A stretch of DNA of 62,525 bases from a virus. Lineage: Duplodnaviria > Caudoviricetes. A program made the position numbers and the translations under genes. Below, piece by piece: positions 38,510-47,827 of the stretch; the stretch's first letter is position 1; each line of letters opens with the position of its first letter. The notes under the pieces were generated by a model. That model searched no databases. It was given only the letters and a program-made list of their open reading frames with translations, and had not been told where the DNA came from. The stretch is from positions 1 to 62,525 of IMG/VR virus record IMGVR_UViG_3300032224_000950. One strand, 5' to 3'.

Positions 38510-38888
38510 TGGCGGTGGATTAACCGGTAGTTCTGGAACTATAACATTATCTAATACTACCGGATCTACCTATACCCTTGCATCGGGTACAGGCGGTGCC
38601 GGACAAATTTATACATCTACAGGAATTAATGGTGCAACATGGGCCAATCCAACTGACAATGTAATGATTGTTAAACAAAATCCTGCTAGTTTAGAAGTAA
38701 AGGGTAATGTAGTAATAAACGGAAGAGATCTAGAAGAACGGTTAAAGACAATGGAAAAACTCTTGCAAATCCCAGAAAGAGATGTTAAACTAGAAAAAAA
38801 GCACCCAAAGTTAAAGAAGTTATACGATGACTACATTAATGCTTTGGGAAAATACAGAACATTCGAAGCAATTAAAGGAGATGAATGA
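38469..38888 (+). CDS. Hypothetical protein with T/G-rich N-terminus and coiled-coil C-terminus
   Basis: ORF continuity; coupled to the next gene. Confidence 0.65.
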   Translation: MTYTYTVGNGTITNGGGLTGSSGTITLSNTTGSTYTLASGTGGAGQIYTSTGINGATWANPTDNVMIVKQNPASLEVKGNVVINGRDLEERLKTMEKLLQIPERDVKLEKKHPKLKKLYDDYINALGKYRTFEAIKGDE

Positions 38889-39124
38889 TGAAAGAATTAC
38901 ATGAATCAATAGCGCATACTGCAACAGAAGTGACTATTAAAGAGAATTCTGGTTTTAGAATTCGTTTAGAAAAACACGAAGTAGTTGCGCCTAAGGGATT
39001 GTTTAGCCTTGACATTATTCAAGAGTCATTAGATGAAGACGGACTAGTTCGTGATTCGCAAACTTATAATTTCTTTATGACTAAAGAAGAATTGCAATCA
39101 TTAGCTAACGGTTTAACTGCATGA
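38885..39124 (+). CDS. Hypothetical protein
   Basis: AAGGAG RBS. Confidence 0.65.
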   Translation: MMKELHESIAHTATEVTIKENSGFRIRLEKHEVVAPKGLFSLDIIQESLDEDGLVRDSQTYNFFMTKEELQSLANGLTA

Positions 39125-39612
39125 AAAAAGTTTACTATACTTGGCAACAAGTAGAGGGTGCGTGTTTAGACATTGCTCGACAAATGAGCAATCATAATTG
39201 GCGACCTGATTATATTGTTGGCATTACTAGAGGCGGCCTTGTTCCTGCTAACTTGCTTAGTCAATATACAGGTATTAAAATGAACAGCTTAGACATTAGT
39301 CTGCGTGATGGTGGAGACACTGTTAGCAACTGTGGCATGGCAGAAGATGCATTCGAAGGCAAAAAGATCCTTGTTGTAGATGATATCAATGATCAAGGAT
39401 CTACTGTTAATTGGATTAAGCATGATTGGGAATCGAGTGCATTGCCTGGTCATCCTAATTGGGAAACTATTTGGGGGGATTCGGTTCGCTTTGCGGTTTT
39501 AACACATAATCTTAGCAGTCAATTTAAAGATCCAGATTATTATGTTTGGACTGTGAATAAAGCAGAAGAAGATTGTTGGTTAGTTTATCCTTGGGAGGAT
39601 TTTTGGTTATGA
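39121..39612 (+). CDS. Purine phosphoribosyltransferase (xanthine/guanine PRT, Gpt-like)
   Basis: GITRGGLVPA, LVVDDINDQGST PRPP-binding motif, WLVYPWE. Confidence 0.85.
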   Translation: MKKVYYTWQQVEGACLDIARQMSNHNWRPDYIVGITRGGLVPANLLSQYTGIKMNSLDISLRDGGDTVSNCGMAEDAFEGKKILVVDDINDQGSTVNWIKHDWESSALPGHPNWETIWGDSVRFAVLTHNLSSQFKDPDYYVWTVNKAEEDCWLVYPWEDFWL

Positions 39613-39806
39613 CATCAGCATTAATTAAATTAATTTTAGGCATTACATTAATTGCAATTGCCGTTATATTTGGACCGTTGCTCGGCATTTGGTCCTTGAA
39701 TATATTATTTCCAGTACTTAATATTCCATATACATGGGAAACATGGCTGGCTTACTTTTTAATATTTGGTAGTTTGACTGGATTACGGTTTGGATCTAAA
39801 AAATGA
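39609..39806 (+). CDS. Small membrane protein
   Basis: ATG 39609 coupled to the PRTase stop; hydrophobic. Confidence 0.6.
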   Translation: MTSALIKLILGITLIAIAVIFGPLLGIWSLNILFPVLNIPYTWETWLAYFLIFGSLTGLRFGSKK

Positions 39807-39982
39807 GACAAGTGGATCAATTAAATCAGATATCTATAGAAAATCTCAAAGAAAAAATCGAACAGGTAGAATCCGATATTAAAAAAATGGCTGCCGAATC
39901 TGGAAATGATAAGAAAATTTCATTACTGATTGAATATAAAGATTATCTTAATGATGAACTTAAGGCATTAGAAAACAAATGA
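39803..39982 (+). CDS. 59-aa coiled-coil protein absent from the ORF track
   Basis: MRQVDQLNQISIENLKEKIEQVESDIKK...ENK*; ATGA overlaps at both ends fill the gap exactly. Confidence 0.7.
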   Translation: MRQVDQLNQISIENLKEKIEQVESDIKKMAAESGNDKKISLLIEYKDYLNDELKALENK

Positions 39983-40197
39983 CAGAAAATACTGTTACTA
40001 CAGTATGGGAAATTGTAATACCCTGGCATAATCAAGATAATAATTGGTGGAATGAAACTTGTGCCAGTGTTGTAGAAGTATTTGGATTACCAGGAGATCG
40101 ATATACATATAATCCACGATATGAAGATATGCGATTTCTTTTTACCTCAAAAAAGGATTATCAATTATGCAAGATTCTATTATCAGACAAAATTTAG
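39979..40197 (+). CDS. Hypothetical protein
   Basis: Coupled ORF; WWNETCA..E.FGLPG.RY. Confidence 0.65.
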   Translation: MTENTVTTVWEIVIPWHNQDNNWWNETCASVVEVFGLPGDRYTYNPRYEDMRFLFTSKKDYQLCKILLSDKI

Positions 40198-40394
40198 ATT
40201 TTTATAGCGTCGTAGTATTGGGTATTATAGGTTTTATTTTTGCGATCTGGTGGAATTATTCAAATCCGCATATGATTGTCAAATATGATTGTTCAATTGC
40301 AGAAATAAGTCCAGACTATCCTATTGCAGTAAAAGAAGGCTGTCGTAAACTTCGAGCAGAAAATGCTAAGGAAAACTTGCAAAAACCTAAATAA
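40167..40394 (+). CDS. Small membrane protein
   Basis: One TM segment followed by a YDC...PDYP...C segment. Confidence 0.55.
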   Translation: MQDSIIRQNLDFYSVVVLGIIGFIFAIWWNYSNPHMIVKYDCSIAEISPDYPIAVKEGCRKLRAENAKENLQKPK

Positions 40395-40405
40395 AACTGT
40401 ATACT
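40377..40405 (+). promoter_or_regulatory. Sigma70-type promoter upstream of folE, with TAAATA in the spacer
   Basis: TTGCAA(40377)-17 bp-TATACT(40400). Confidence 0.6.
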
Positions 40406-40446
40406 AATACAAAGACATCCACGTCATTAACTCGGAGAATAATAAA

Positions 40447-41184
40447 TTGACTGAATCAGTAACATATAAAAACATAGACGACAAGGGCTATGAAGAAGGC
40501 TATCTAGGCGATGCCATACGCTTTAAGATGAAACGTGACCGGAAACGCTTTTGGGCGGGTGATAATATTAGTGATTACTTGCACGAGGGCGATGTAGAGA
40601 AACTAATCGATGAAGCAACAGAAGCATTTGAAGTTGTACTTGATCGATTGCTTATTGATCGTGAAAATGATCCTAACTCGCATGGTACTGCGAAGCGACT
40701 TGCTAAAATGTACTTTAATGAAATAATGGCAGGAAGATATGAACCAGCACCAGACGCAACAGCGTTCCCAAATGATTCAGAGGACCGTTACGAAGGTATG
40801 TTGGTTGTCCGTAGTGAGCTTCGCAGTATGTGTAGCCATCATCACCAACCCGTTGTTGGCGTTGCTTATATTGGTATTATTGCGGCTGAGAAACTCATCG
40901 GACTTAGCAAGTATACGCGGATCGCTCAGTGGTGTGCCCGTCGAGGTACTCTCCAGGAGGAACTTTGCAATGACATTGCTAGGGAAATCCAAAAAGCCAC
41001 AGGCGCAACAGACTTAGGCGTGTACATTCAAGCAACACATGGTTGCTGTGAGAATCGCGGCATTATGGCACACTCTAGTCTAACACAGACTACTGTACTT
41101 AAAGGTGCATTTACCAACGATGCTGGTACAAAGAAAGAATTCTTTGACAATATTAAAATGCAACAGGAGTATGCGTCAAAATGA
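40447..41184 (+). CDS. folE: GTP cyclohydrolase I
   Basis: SMCSHH, GLSK..R, LQE, HGC...RG; TTG start after GGAGA. Confidence 0.93.
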   Translation: MTESVTYKNIDDKGYEEGYLGDAIRFKMKRDRKRFWAGDNISDYLHEGDVEKLIDEATEAFEVVLDRLLIDRENDPNSHGTAKRLAKMYFNEIMAGRYEPAPDATAFPNDSEDRYEGMLVVRSELRSMCSHHHQPVVGVAYIGIIAAEKLIGLSKYTRIAQWCARRGTLQEELCNDIAREIQKATGATDLGVYIQATHGCCENRGIMAHSSLTQTTVLKGAFTNDAGTKKEFFDNIKMQQEYASK

Positions 41185-41579
41185 CATCATTAGAAATACA
41201 AGTACCTGCCGAAGGCATTATGAAAACAAACGATTGGGGAGACTCAAAAGTTTATCGTGTTACTTGCAACTGTGGCGCTGCCGATCACGATCATCATGTA
41301 TGGGTAGAAGCAGATGACCACGAAGTCAGTGTTACTATCTATACAACTGTAAAAAGCAATTGGTGGAGTAAAACTCGCTGGCATGCTATTTGGACACTGT
41401 TAACCAAAGGCTACATCGATACAGAGTCTACTGTAATTATGCATAAACAACAGGCTTTCAATTATGCACATACACTACTAAGTGCTGTAGAAGATGTTAA
41501 TATGTTTCGTAATACTAGACAAAATAAAGAAGAACGTGCTACAATAAAGAAAATGGCAAATGAACAGGATTGCGTATGA
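41181..41579 (+). CDS. Hypothetical protein with a CxC...H motif
   Basis: VTCNCG...HDH; coupled between folE and queE. Confidence 0.65.
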   Translation: MTSLEIQVPAEGIMKTNDWGDSKVYRVTCNCGAADHDHHVWVEADDHEVSVTIYTTVKSNWWSKTRWHAIWTLLTKGYIDTESTVIMHKQQAFNYAHTLLSAVEDVNMFRNTRQNKEERATIKKMANEQDCV

Positions 41580-42439
41580 GTAAAATCAAAATAGCAGAAT
41601 TATTTTATAGTGTGCAAGGTGAAGGACGTTACATGGGTGTACCGTCTGTTTTCTTACGTACATTTGGTTGTAACTTTAAGTGTGCTGGATTTGGTATGCC
41701 ACGTGGCGAATTAAGCATGGAGGCCGCTGGTATTGCGGCTACACATAGTCTGGTTACACCTTTTCAAAAGTACGAAGAGCTTCCGCTTGTTAGTACAGGC
41801 TGTGATAGTTATGCAAGCTGGATGCCAGAGTTTAAAGATTTAAGCCCAATGCTTACCAGTGAAGCGATTGCAGATCGCATTATGGAAATTCTTCCGCAGG
41901 ATCATTGGAAAGACGAGCACTTGGTAATTACAGGTGGCGAACCTTTACTAGGTTGGCAACGTGCTTATCCAGACTTGTTAGATCATCCTAAAATGTCAGG
42001 CTTAAAAGAAATTACATTTGAAACAAACGGCACTCAAAAGCTAACAGAAGAGTTTAAAGAATATCTAGTAAAATGGCAAATGCCTAATTTAGATTTTGCT
42101 AGAGAAGTTACATTTTCAGTAAGTGCTAAACTTCCGTGTAGTGGCGAGAAGTGGGAAGACGCAATACTTCCAGAAGTAGTTTGTGAGTACGAAGACTTTG
42201 GTACAGCATATTTGAAATTTGTTATTGCTACAGAACAAGACTTTGCTGATGCAGAATGTGCTATTGCGGCTTATCGTACGGCAGGATTTAAAGGACATGT
42301 TTATTTAATGCCAGTAGGTGGCGTAGAAAGTGTGTACGCAATGAACAATAAAAATGTAGCAATATTGGCTATGAAAAACGGCTTACGTTATAGTGACCGT
42401 TTACAAGTGCCATTATTTAAAAATGAGTGGGGGACTTAA
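41576..42439 (+). CDS. queE: 7-carboxy-7-deazaguanine synthase (radical SAM)
   Basis: ELFYSVQGEG, FLRTFGCNFKC...CDS, ITGGEP, ETNGT. Confidence 0.88.
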   Translation: MSKIKIAELFYSVQGEGRYMGVPSVFLRTFGCNFKCAGFGMPRGELSMEAAGIAATHSLVTPFQKYEELPLVSTGCDSYASWMPEFKDLSPMLTSEAIADRIMEILPQDHWKDEHLVITGGEPLLGWQRAYPDLLDHPKMSGLKEITFETNGTQKLTEEFKEYLVKWQMPNLDFAREVTFSVSAKLPCSGEKWEDAILPEVVCEYEDFGTAYLKFVIATEQDFADAECAIAAYRTAGFKGHVYLMPVGGVESVYAMNNKNVAILAMKNGLRYSDRLQVPLFKNEWGT

Positions 42440-42870
42440 TGATTAAAAATTTGTTTAAGAAGATGTTAGGTATCGATAAGTTAGAAGAAAACTTAAAGAC
42501 TCTTAAAGATATGGAAGCCAAGGCAGTAGCATCTGCTGCCGAGGCACAGCTTGCCGAACAAGAAGCAAAGGCAACACCAAAAGAAAGAGCTACGCTACGT
42601 GGTGAACCCTATGTAGCAGTTTTAGATACACATGTCAATAAAGACAATGTTAGAAACGGCTTTTTTGAACTTGACTGGAACAGTGAATTTATAGTACAAT
42701 TGAAACAAGCTGGTTACGGTTTCGACGGTGATCCAGAAGAGGAAATCGTAGATCGCTGGTTCAGAGATTTGGCTAGCAATATGCTAGTTGAAGAAGGACA
42801 AAGTCCGAATCGCGGGGCCGGTTATATTAACGTAAGTAGATTGCCTAATGGCAAGGCGCAGGTAGAATGA
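42439..42870 (+). CDS. Hypothetical protein
   Basis: Coupled ORF; GFFELDWN..F motif. Confidence 0.7.
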   Translation: MIKNLFKKMLGIDKLEENLKTLKDMEAKAVASAAEAQLAEQEAKATPKERATLRGEPYVAVLDTHVNKDNVRNGFFELDWNSEFIVQLKQAGYGFDGDPEEEIVDRWFRDLASNMLVEEGQSPNRGAGYINVSRLPNGKAQVE

Positions 42871-43853
42871 CATATATTATAGTTGATACTGCTAACACGT
42901 TCTTTCGTGCTAGACATGTGGTACAAGGTAGTGCTGATATTAAACTTGGCATGGCTTTTCATATTACTTTCAACAGCATTAAAAAGGCGTGGCAAGACTT
43001 CGGTGGTACTCACGTAGTGTTCTGTCTCGAAGGTCGTAGCTGGCGTAAGGATTTTTATAAACCTTATAAAGCTAACAGACAAGAAACACGAGATGCAATG
43101 ACACAAAAACAACAAGAAGAAGATAAACTGTTCTGGGAAGCATTTGACGAATTTAAAAATTTTATTAACGAAAAAACAAATTCTACAGTATTACAACACC
43201 CTAATCTAGAAGCAGATGATTTAATTGCAGGATGGGTACAGACCCACCCCGATGCTAAACACGTTATTATTTCGACAGACGGTGATTTTGCACAATTAAT
43301 TGCACATAATGTTAGTCAATATAACGGTGTAGGCGATTTACATATTACACACGAAGGAATATTTGATGCCAAAGGCAAACCCGTTAAAGACAAAAAGACA
43401 GGCGAAGCAAAGCCAGCACAAGATCCAGAGTGGATGCTGTTCGAGAAATGTATGCGTGGTGATACCAGTGATAATGTCTTCTCGGCGTATCCAGGTGTGC
43501 GTACTAAAGGTTCTAAAAACAAAGTTGGTCTTACTGAAGCGTTCGAAGATCGTAACAGCCGCGGATATGCGTGGAACAATCTCATGTTGCAGAGATGGAC
43601 TGACCACAATGGAGTAGAACATCGTGTGCTAGAAGATTATCAACGTAATGTACAATTATGCGATTTAACAGCACAACCCGCTGATATTAAAGAAAAGATT
43701 GAAGCAACAATTAAGGCAAATGCAGTACCTAAAACTATAGACCAAGTAGGTATTCGTATGCTTAAATTCTGCAATACATGGGACATGAAAAAGATTGCAG
43801 ACAATATACAATCGTATGCTGAACCGTTTCAAGCCAAGTATAAGGAGATATAA
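42867..43853 (+). CDS. 5'-3' exonuclease / T4 RNase H-like flap nuclease
   Basis: IVD..N, WRK..Y..YKANR, EADD, STDGDF.QL, GDTSDN..PGV. Confidence 0.9.
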   Translation: MTYIIVDTANTFFRARHVVQGSADIKLGMAFHITFNSIKKAWQDFGGTHVVFCLEGRSWRKDFYKPYKANRQETRDAMTQKQQEEDKLFWEAFDEFKNFINEKTNSTVLQHPNLEADDLIAGWVQTHPDAKHVIISTDGDFAQLIAHNVSQYNGVGDLHITHEGIFDAKGKPVKDKKTGEAKPAQDPEWMLFEKCMRGDTSDNVFSAYPGVRTKGSKNKVGLTEAFEDRNSRGYAWNNLMLQRWTDHNGVEHRVLEDYQRNVQLCDLTAQPADIKEKIEATIKANAVPKTIDQVGIRMLKFCNTWDMKKIADNIQSYAEPFQAKYKEI

Positions 43854-45047
43854 ATGGCAACTAAAGAAGAAAAACATGAACTGATGGAAATCCTTAAATT
43901 CACTCCACGTACATATAAAATTAGCATGTGGGGTTACGGCGGTGAAAAAGTCATGGGTACTACTAGTCGCGAAGTATACGATTACTGTTTAGAAAATTGT
44001 GTTAACTTGTCTGATATTGCCTGGGGAGATGAGGATCGTGTAGAAGAAATGGAACTTGACATTGACATGTTGCCATTCCATCCGGGACAATGGTATGAAT
44101 GTGATGACATGGCGCATACTAACGGTGTTAGCCGCAACGCCGGTACACTACAAATCGAAGACGAAAACGGTAATGTAGTGTTTGAAAAATCATTAGAAGA
44201 TTGCGATGGAGGCAGTGAAGATAGCCCTTGCTGGTCATGTAATGACGAAGCATGGATTGGTAGTAAGCCTGCTGGCACTGTAGTATTCATTGGTAGCAGT
44301 AACGAAAAGGGCACATTCTTTGAAGGTGAGATAGAACTTACACAACCGTTTAACATTGAAAAACTAGTATTAGGATACGATGAAATTGACGGTGAAGAAT
44401 TAGTTAATAGTGTCGAATACGACGGCGAGGACATTGATAACTTTGGTGGTAGCACAGATGGCAAGAGTTCAGACTTTGGTATGTATCTTGTAAAAGATAG
44501 CAACTCGTGGGAAACGTATAGCCCAGAGGAAAAAGATTGGGGTCATCCTCCGTATGGTATAGGGCCAAGCACATGGGAAAAGTCAGAAACATTCAAATTT
44601 AAGAAAGTTAAACCTACTATCCCAGGTTATTATAGTTGTACATGGAAACACTTTGGTACAACATACGGGTCAGCATATTGGGACGGCTCACAGTTTGGTG
44701 AATGGGAGTATGGTCAGTTTAAACCAATTACTGGTGAAGTTCTTACTTGGTCAGGATATAATTGGGACACTAGCTCGTGGGTTAATCAACCGCCTGAACC
44801 ACCAGACCAAACATGTGACAATAAAGCATGTGGATGGATCGGCATGGCCGATGACTGTCGTCAGGACGAAGAATATGATCGTCATTGTCCAGAATGCGAC
44901 GGTAAAGAGTTTACTTACATAGACTACGATCCAGACTCAGCTAAAGGTCGTGCTAATCGTAAGAAATATTGTAAAGACTGGGATCCCGTTAAATCGTTAG
45001 AAAGAATAGTAGTAACTAAAGAAAAAGAAACATCATGGCCTTTTTAA
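43854..45047 (+). CDS. Acidic hypothetical protein with C-terminal zinc-ribbon-like motif
   Basis: AAGGAG RBS; C.N..CGW...CPEC. Confidence 0.7.
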   Translation: MATKEEKHELMEILKFTPRTYKISMWGYGGEKVMGTTSREVYDYCLENCVNLSDIAWGDEDRVEEMELDIDMLPFHPGQWYECDDMAHTNGVSRNAGTLQIEDENGNVVFEKSLEDCDGGSEDSPCWSCNDEAWIGSKPAGTVVFIGSSNEKGTFFEGEIELTQPFNIEKLVLGYDEIDGEELVNSVEYDGEDIDNFGGSTDGKSSDFGMYLVKDSNSWETYSPEEKDWGHPPYGIGPSTWEKSETFKFKKVKPTIPGYYSCTWKHFGTTYGSAYWDGSQFGEWEYGQFKPITGEVLTWSGYNWDTSSWVNQPPEPPDQTCDNKACGWIGMADDCRQDEEYDRHCPECDGKEFTYIDYDPDSAKGRANRKKYCKDWDPVKSLERIVVTKEKETSWPF

Positions 45048-45137
45048 TTTGTAATCTAATTAAAAAAATATTTAAAGATGGATGTTCAGGTAACTGTTAT
45101 CAGGGCAGATTACCCTGCGACTGTAAAGGAAAATAAA

Positions 45138-45617
45138 ATGACAGAGATACATGCTAAACCGATCGTAGATGGTAAATTTTGGATTGTTGAAAAAGACGGT
45201 TCTAAGATTGCCACTCTACACAAAAAAGAAAATAATAAGTTTATCTTATCGAGCACGAACGGAGAAGTTATGTTTAATAAAAAACAAGACTTAACAAAAC
45301 AGTTTGGCGAAGGATTTTTCTTAACTGGAACAAAAGTTAAAGTTACACAGTCAGACACATATGAATGTCATGGATATCCAACTAGTTGTAAACCGTTTAA
45401 CGCAATGTATGATGTGAGACGCAAATTACCATTATTTACAAAATCAAATGCTAGTAAAAGTTTATATTGTGCAGGATACTATACAATTAAATTTGATAAA
45501 GGATGGGTTAAAAGTTTTTGTCCAAAAGCAATTACTATTGAAAGATATCCTTCTAAAGGACCTTTTAAATCAGAACTAGAAATGAAAACGGTACTAGCCA
45601 ATGCAAAATCAGATTAA
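45138..45617 (+). CDS. Hypothetical protein
   Basis: AAGGA RBS favours ATG 45138 over 45078. Confidence 0.7.
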   Translation: MTEIHAKPIVDGKFWIVEKDGSKIATLHKKENNKFILSSTNGEVMFNKKQDLTKQFGEGFFLTGTKVKVTQSDTYECHGYPTSCKPFNAMYDVRRKLPLFTKSNASKSLYCAGYYTIKFDKGWVKSFCPKAITIERYPSKGPFKSELEMKTVLANAKSD

Positions 45618-45849
45618 TCTAAGTCCTATTACACAATTTGTTCAATCTTTAAGATCTGCTGAATTGTCTCAACAAAAAGAGATTAAAATAAACATTCAAC
45701 AGGCTCGATTACTACACTTGGCATTAACTGAAATTTTAGATAAAATAAACCAGGATTACGAGTCCTTATATAATGATTTAAAGAATAGTGTAGACAACGG
45801 TGTCGTGCAAGTATCTATGGACGGTGGCGGATTTGATGAGAACAAATAG
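45601..45849 (+). CDS. Hypothetical protein
   Basis: Helical ORF ending MDGGGF. Confidence 0.65.
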   Translation: MQNQINLSPITQFVQSLRSAELSQQKEIKINIQQARLLHLALTEILDKINQDYESLYNDLKNSVDNGVVQVSMDGGGFDENK

Positions 45850-45851
45850 GA

Positions 45852-45883
45852 TAAATATATGCGTATATATCTCGGATACGCAT
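45852..45883 (+). promoter_or_regulatory. Late promoter core plus hairpin covering the translation initiation region
   Basis: TAAATA 45852; ATGCGTAT(45859)-9 nt-ATACGCAT(45876) ends 1 nt before ATG 45885. Confidence 0.55.
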
Positions 45884-45884
45884 T

Positions 45885-46169
45885 ATGTCAAGACCAAAAC
45901 CTAAAGTACTACTAGAAAGCGTTAATAAAAAAACGTATAAAGCAGAACAAATTTTAGAAGCAGAAGCCATTTGGGCTGTATTCTATAAAAACGAGCCCTT
46001 TAATCTAAAGAGCTTTAATAGTCTCACATCATATCCAGGACCCAAATATAAAAAAGTTAGTTTTTCAAATCCGGGTCATGCACATAATTTGGCAAAAAAA
46101 TTAAATCTAACTTTTGGTACAAAAGATTTCCAAGTTGTCAAATTGACATCTGGCACAATAGTAGCATGA
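45885..46169 (+). CDS. Hypothetical basic protein
   Basis: [10 protein letters not shown]...[18 protein letters not shown]. Confidence 0.7.
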   Translation: MSRPKPKVLLESVNKKTYKAEQILEAEAIWAVFYKNEPFNLKSFNSLTSYPGPKYKKVSFSNPGHAHNLAKKLNLTFGTKDFQVVKLTSGTIVA

Positions 46170-46573
46170 TTGATAGAGATACCCTAACTAAAATTTTTTT
46201 ACAACAGTGGGGCAAAAGTACTGACCAAACAAATGTAAATCTATATTCACACCAATGGTGGCAATCGAATAGAGTTAATAAAAAAAATGCATTCCGATTA
46301 AGCGATGACGGTTATGATTTTTTGATTAATACGTTGGAACTAAATGCTTACGAAGTTCCATTTACTGAGCCAATTGAATTAAGTCCGCAAACAATTATCT
46401 TTTTGGAAAGATATTTGGATAGTCCTTACTATCTAACAAAAGAAAGTATTACCGTTTTCACAGAACGTAAAAGTTTTGAGCTATACATGTTTTCTGACGA
46501 CATAAGAAAATTTGGACTAATTAAAGCCATGAATGAGCGTGAAAAAGATTTAGATAGTCAGAATAATGATTGA
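46166..46573 (+). CDS. Hypothetical protein
   Basis: ATGA-coupled ORF. Confidence 0.7.
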   Translation: MIDRDTLTKIFLQQWGKSTDQTNVNLYSHQWWQSNRVNKKNAFRLSDDGYDFLINTLELNAYEVPFTEPIELSPQTIIFLERYLDSPYYLTKESITVFTERKSFELYMFSDDIRKFGLIKAMNEREKDLDSQNND

Positions 46574-46598
46574 CATTCTAAGCTAACGATACTATAAT
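46570..46598 (+). promoter_or_regulatory. Consensus sigma70 promoter
   Basis: TTGACA(46570)-17 bp-TATAAT(46593). Confidence 0.85.
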
Positions 46599-46652
46599 AC
46601 TTACATAGACAGTTTAAACCCACCCGCAACTTACTTAAGATAGGAAACAAAG

Positions 46653-47753
46653 ATGAGCGAAGTTATTAGCCGCACCGTTGGTCCCAAAGGTGCAAAAAAA
46701 TCTCTCCGTAAAGCGTTTAAAAATAAACGTCCAATTTTCATGTGGGGTCCTCCCGGAATTGGTAAATCAGACATTATCAAACAACTTGGTACAGAGCTCG
46801 ATGCTCATGTGATTGACGTTCGTTTGAGTTTGTGGGAACCTACTGACATTAAAGGTATTCCATATTTTGACTCAAATACTAGCAAAATGGTTTGGGCTCC
46901 TCCTAGCGAATTGCCAGATGCAGAAATGGCAAAACAGCATAAGACTATTATCTTATTCATGGACGAAATGAACTCAGCGGCTCCTAGTGTACAGGCCGCG
47001 GCTTATCAGTTGATTTTGAATCGCCGTGTTGGTACTTACTCATTGCCAGACAATGTTGTAATGGTAGCGGCAGGCAATCGTGAAACTGACAAAGGTGTTA
47101 CATTCCGTATGCCTGCTCCGCTAGCTAACCGTTTCGTTCACTTAGAACTAACTGTTGATTGGGATGATTATTTCGAGTGGGCTACTGAAAATAAGATCCA
47201 CAAAGATGTAGTTGGTTTCTTGTCTTTTAGCAAGAAAGACTTGTACGACTTTGATCCGAAATCTAGCTCACGTGCTTTTGCTACACCACGTTCTTGGTCA
47301 TTTGTATCTGAGCTACTACATGATGACGATACTGATGCAGATACACTAACTGATTTAGTGAGCGGTTCAGTTGGCGAAGGTCTTGCTATTAAGTTTATGG
47401 CGCATCGTAAACATGCTAGCAAGATGCCGAACCCGACAGATATTCTGATCGGTAAAGTTAAGAAAATGGATTCAAAAGAAATCTCAGCTATGTATTCTTT
47501 GACTATTAGCCTGTGCTATGAACTTAAAGATGCATGCGATAAAAATGCTAAAAATTGGAATGATCAAGTTAATAACTTTTTCCAATTTATGATGGATAAT
47601 TTTGAAACAGAATTAGTTATCATGGGTACTAAATTGGCATTATCTACTTACAAACTGCCGTTAGATCCAGATGAAATCAAATGTTTTGATGCATTCCATG
47701 CGAAATTTGGCAAGTATATTGCGGCCGCTACTGACAAGGAATCTCGCAAATAA
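46653..47753 (+). CDS. MoxR-like AAA+ ATPase
   Basis: GPPGIGKS, FMDEMN, AAGNR, PLANRF, TPRSW. Confidence 0.88.
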   Translation: MSEVISRTVGPKGAKKSLRKAFKNKRPIFMWGPPGIGKSDIIKQLGTELDAHVIDVRLSLWEPTDIKGIPYFDSNTSKMVWAPPSELPDAEMAKQHKTIILFMDEMNSAAPSVQAAAYQLILNRRVGTYSLPDNVVMVAAGNRETDKGVTFRMPAPLANRFVHLELTVDWDDYFEWATENKIHKDVVGFLSFSKKDLYDFDPKSSSRAFATPRSWSFVSELLHDDDTDADTLTDLVSGSVGEGLAIKFMAHRKHASKMPNPTDILIGKVKKMDSKEISAMYSLTISLCYELKDACDKNAKNWNDQVNNFFQFMMDNFETELVIMGTKLALSTYKLPLDPDEIKCFDAFHAKFGKYIAAATDKESRK

Positions 47754-47769
47754 TTTGATTTCGTAGTAT

Positions 47770-47798
47770 TTGACACCTCCTTCGGGAGGTGTTATACT
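47770..47798 (+). promoter_or_regulatory. Sigma70 promoter whose spacer is a cUUCGg hairpin
   Basis: TTGACA(47770)-17 bp-TATACT(47793); ACACCTCC-TTCG-GGAGGTGT. Confidence 0.8.
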
Positions 47799-47827
47799 AT
47801 ATACATAGTAACAATTTAGGAGCAATA

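Noticed and set aside
45078-45137. Upstream ATG and imperfect hairpin before the 45138 gene
   Set aside because: The RBS supports 45138; the hairpin is bulged with no T tract, so no function is assigned
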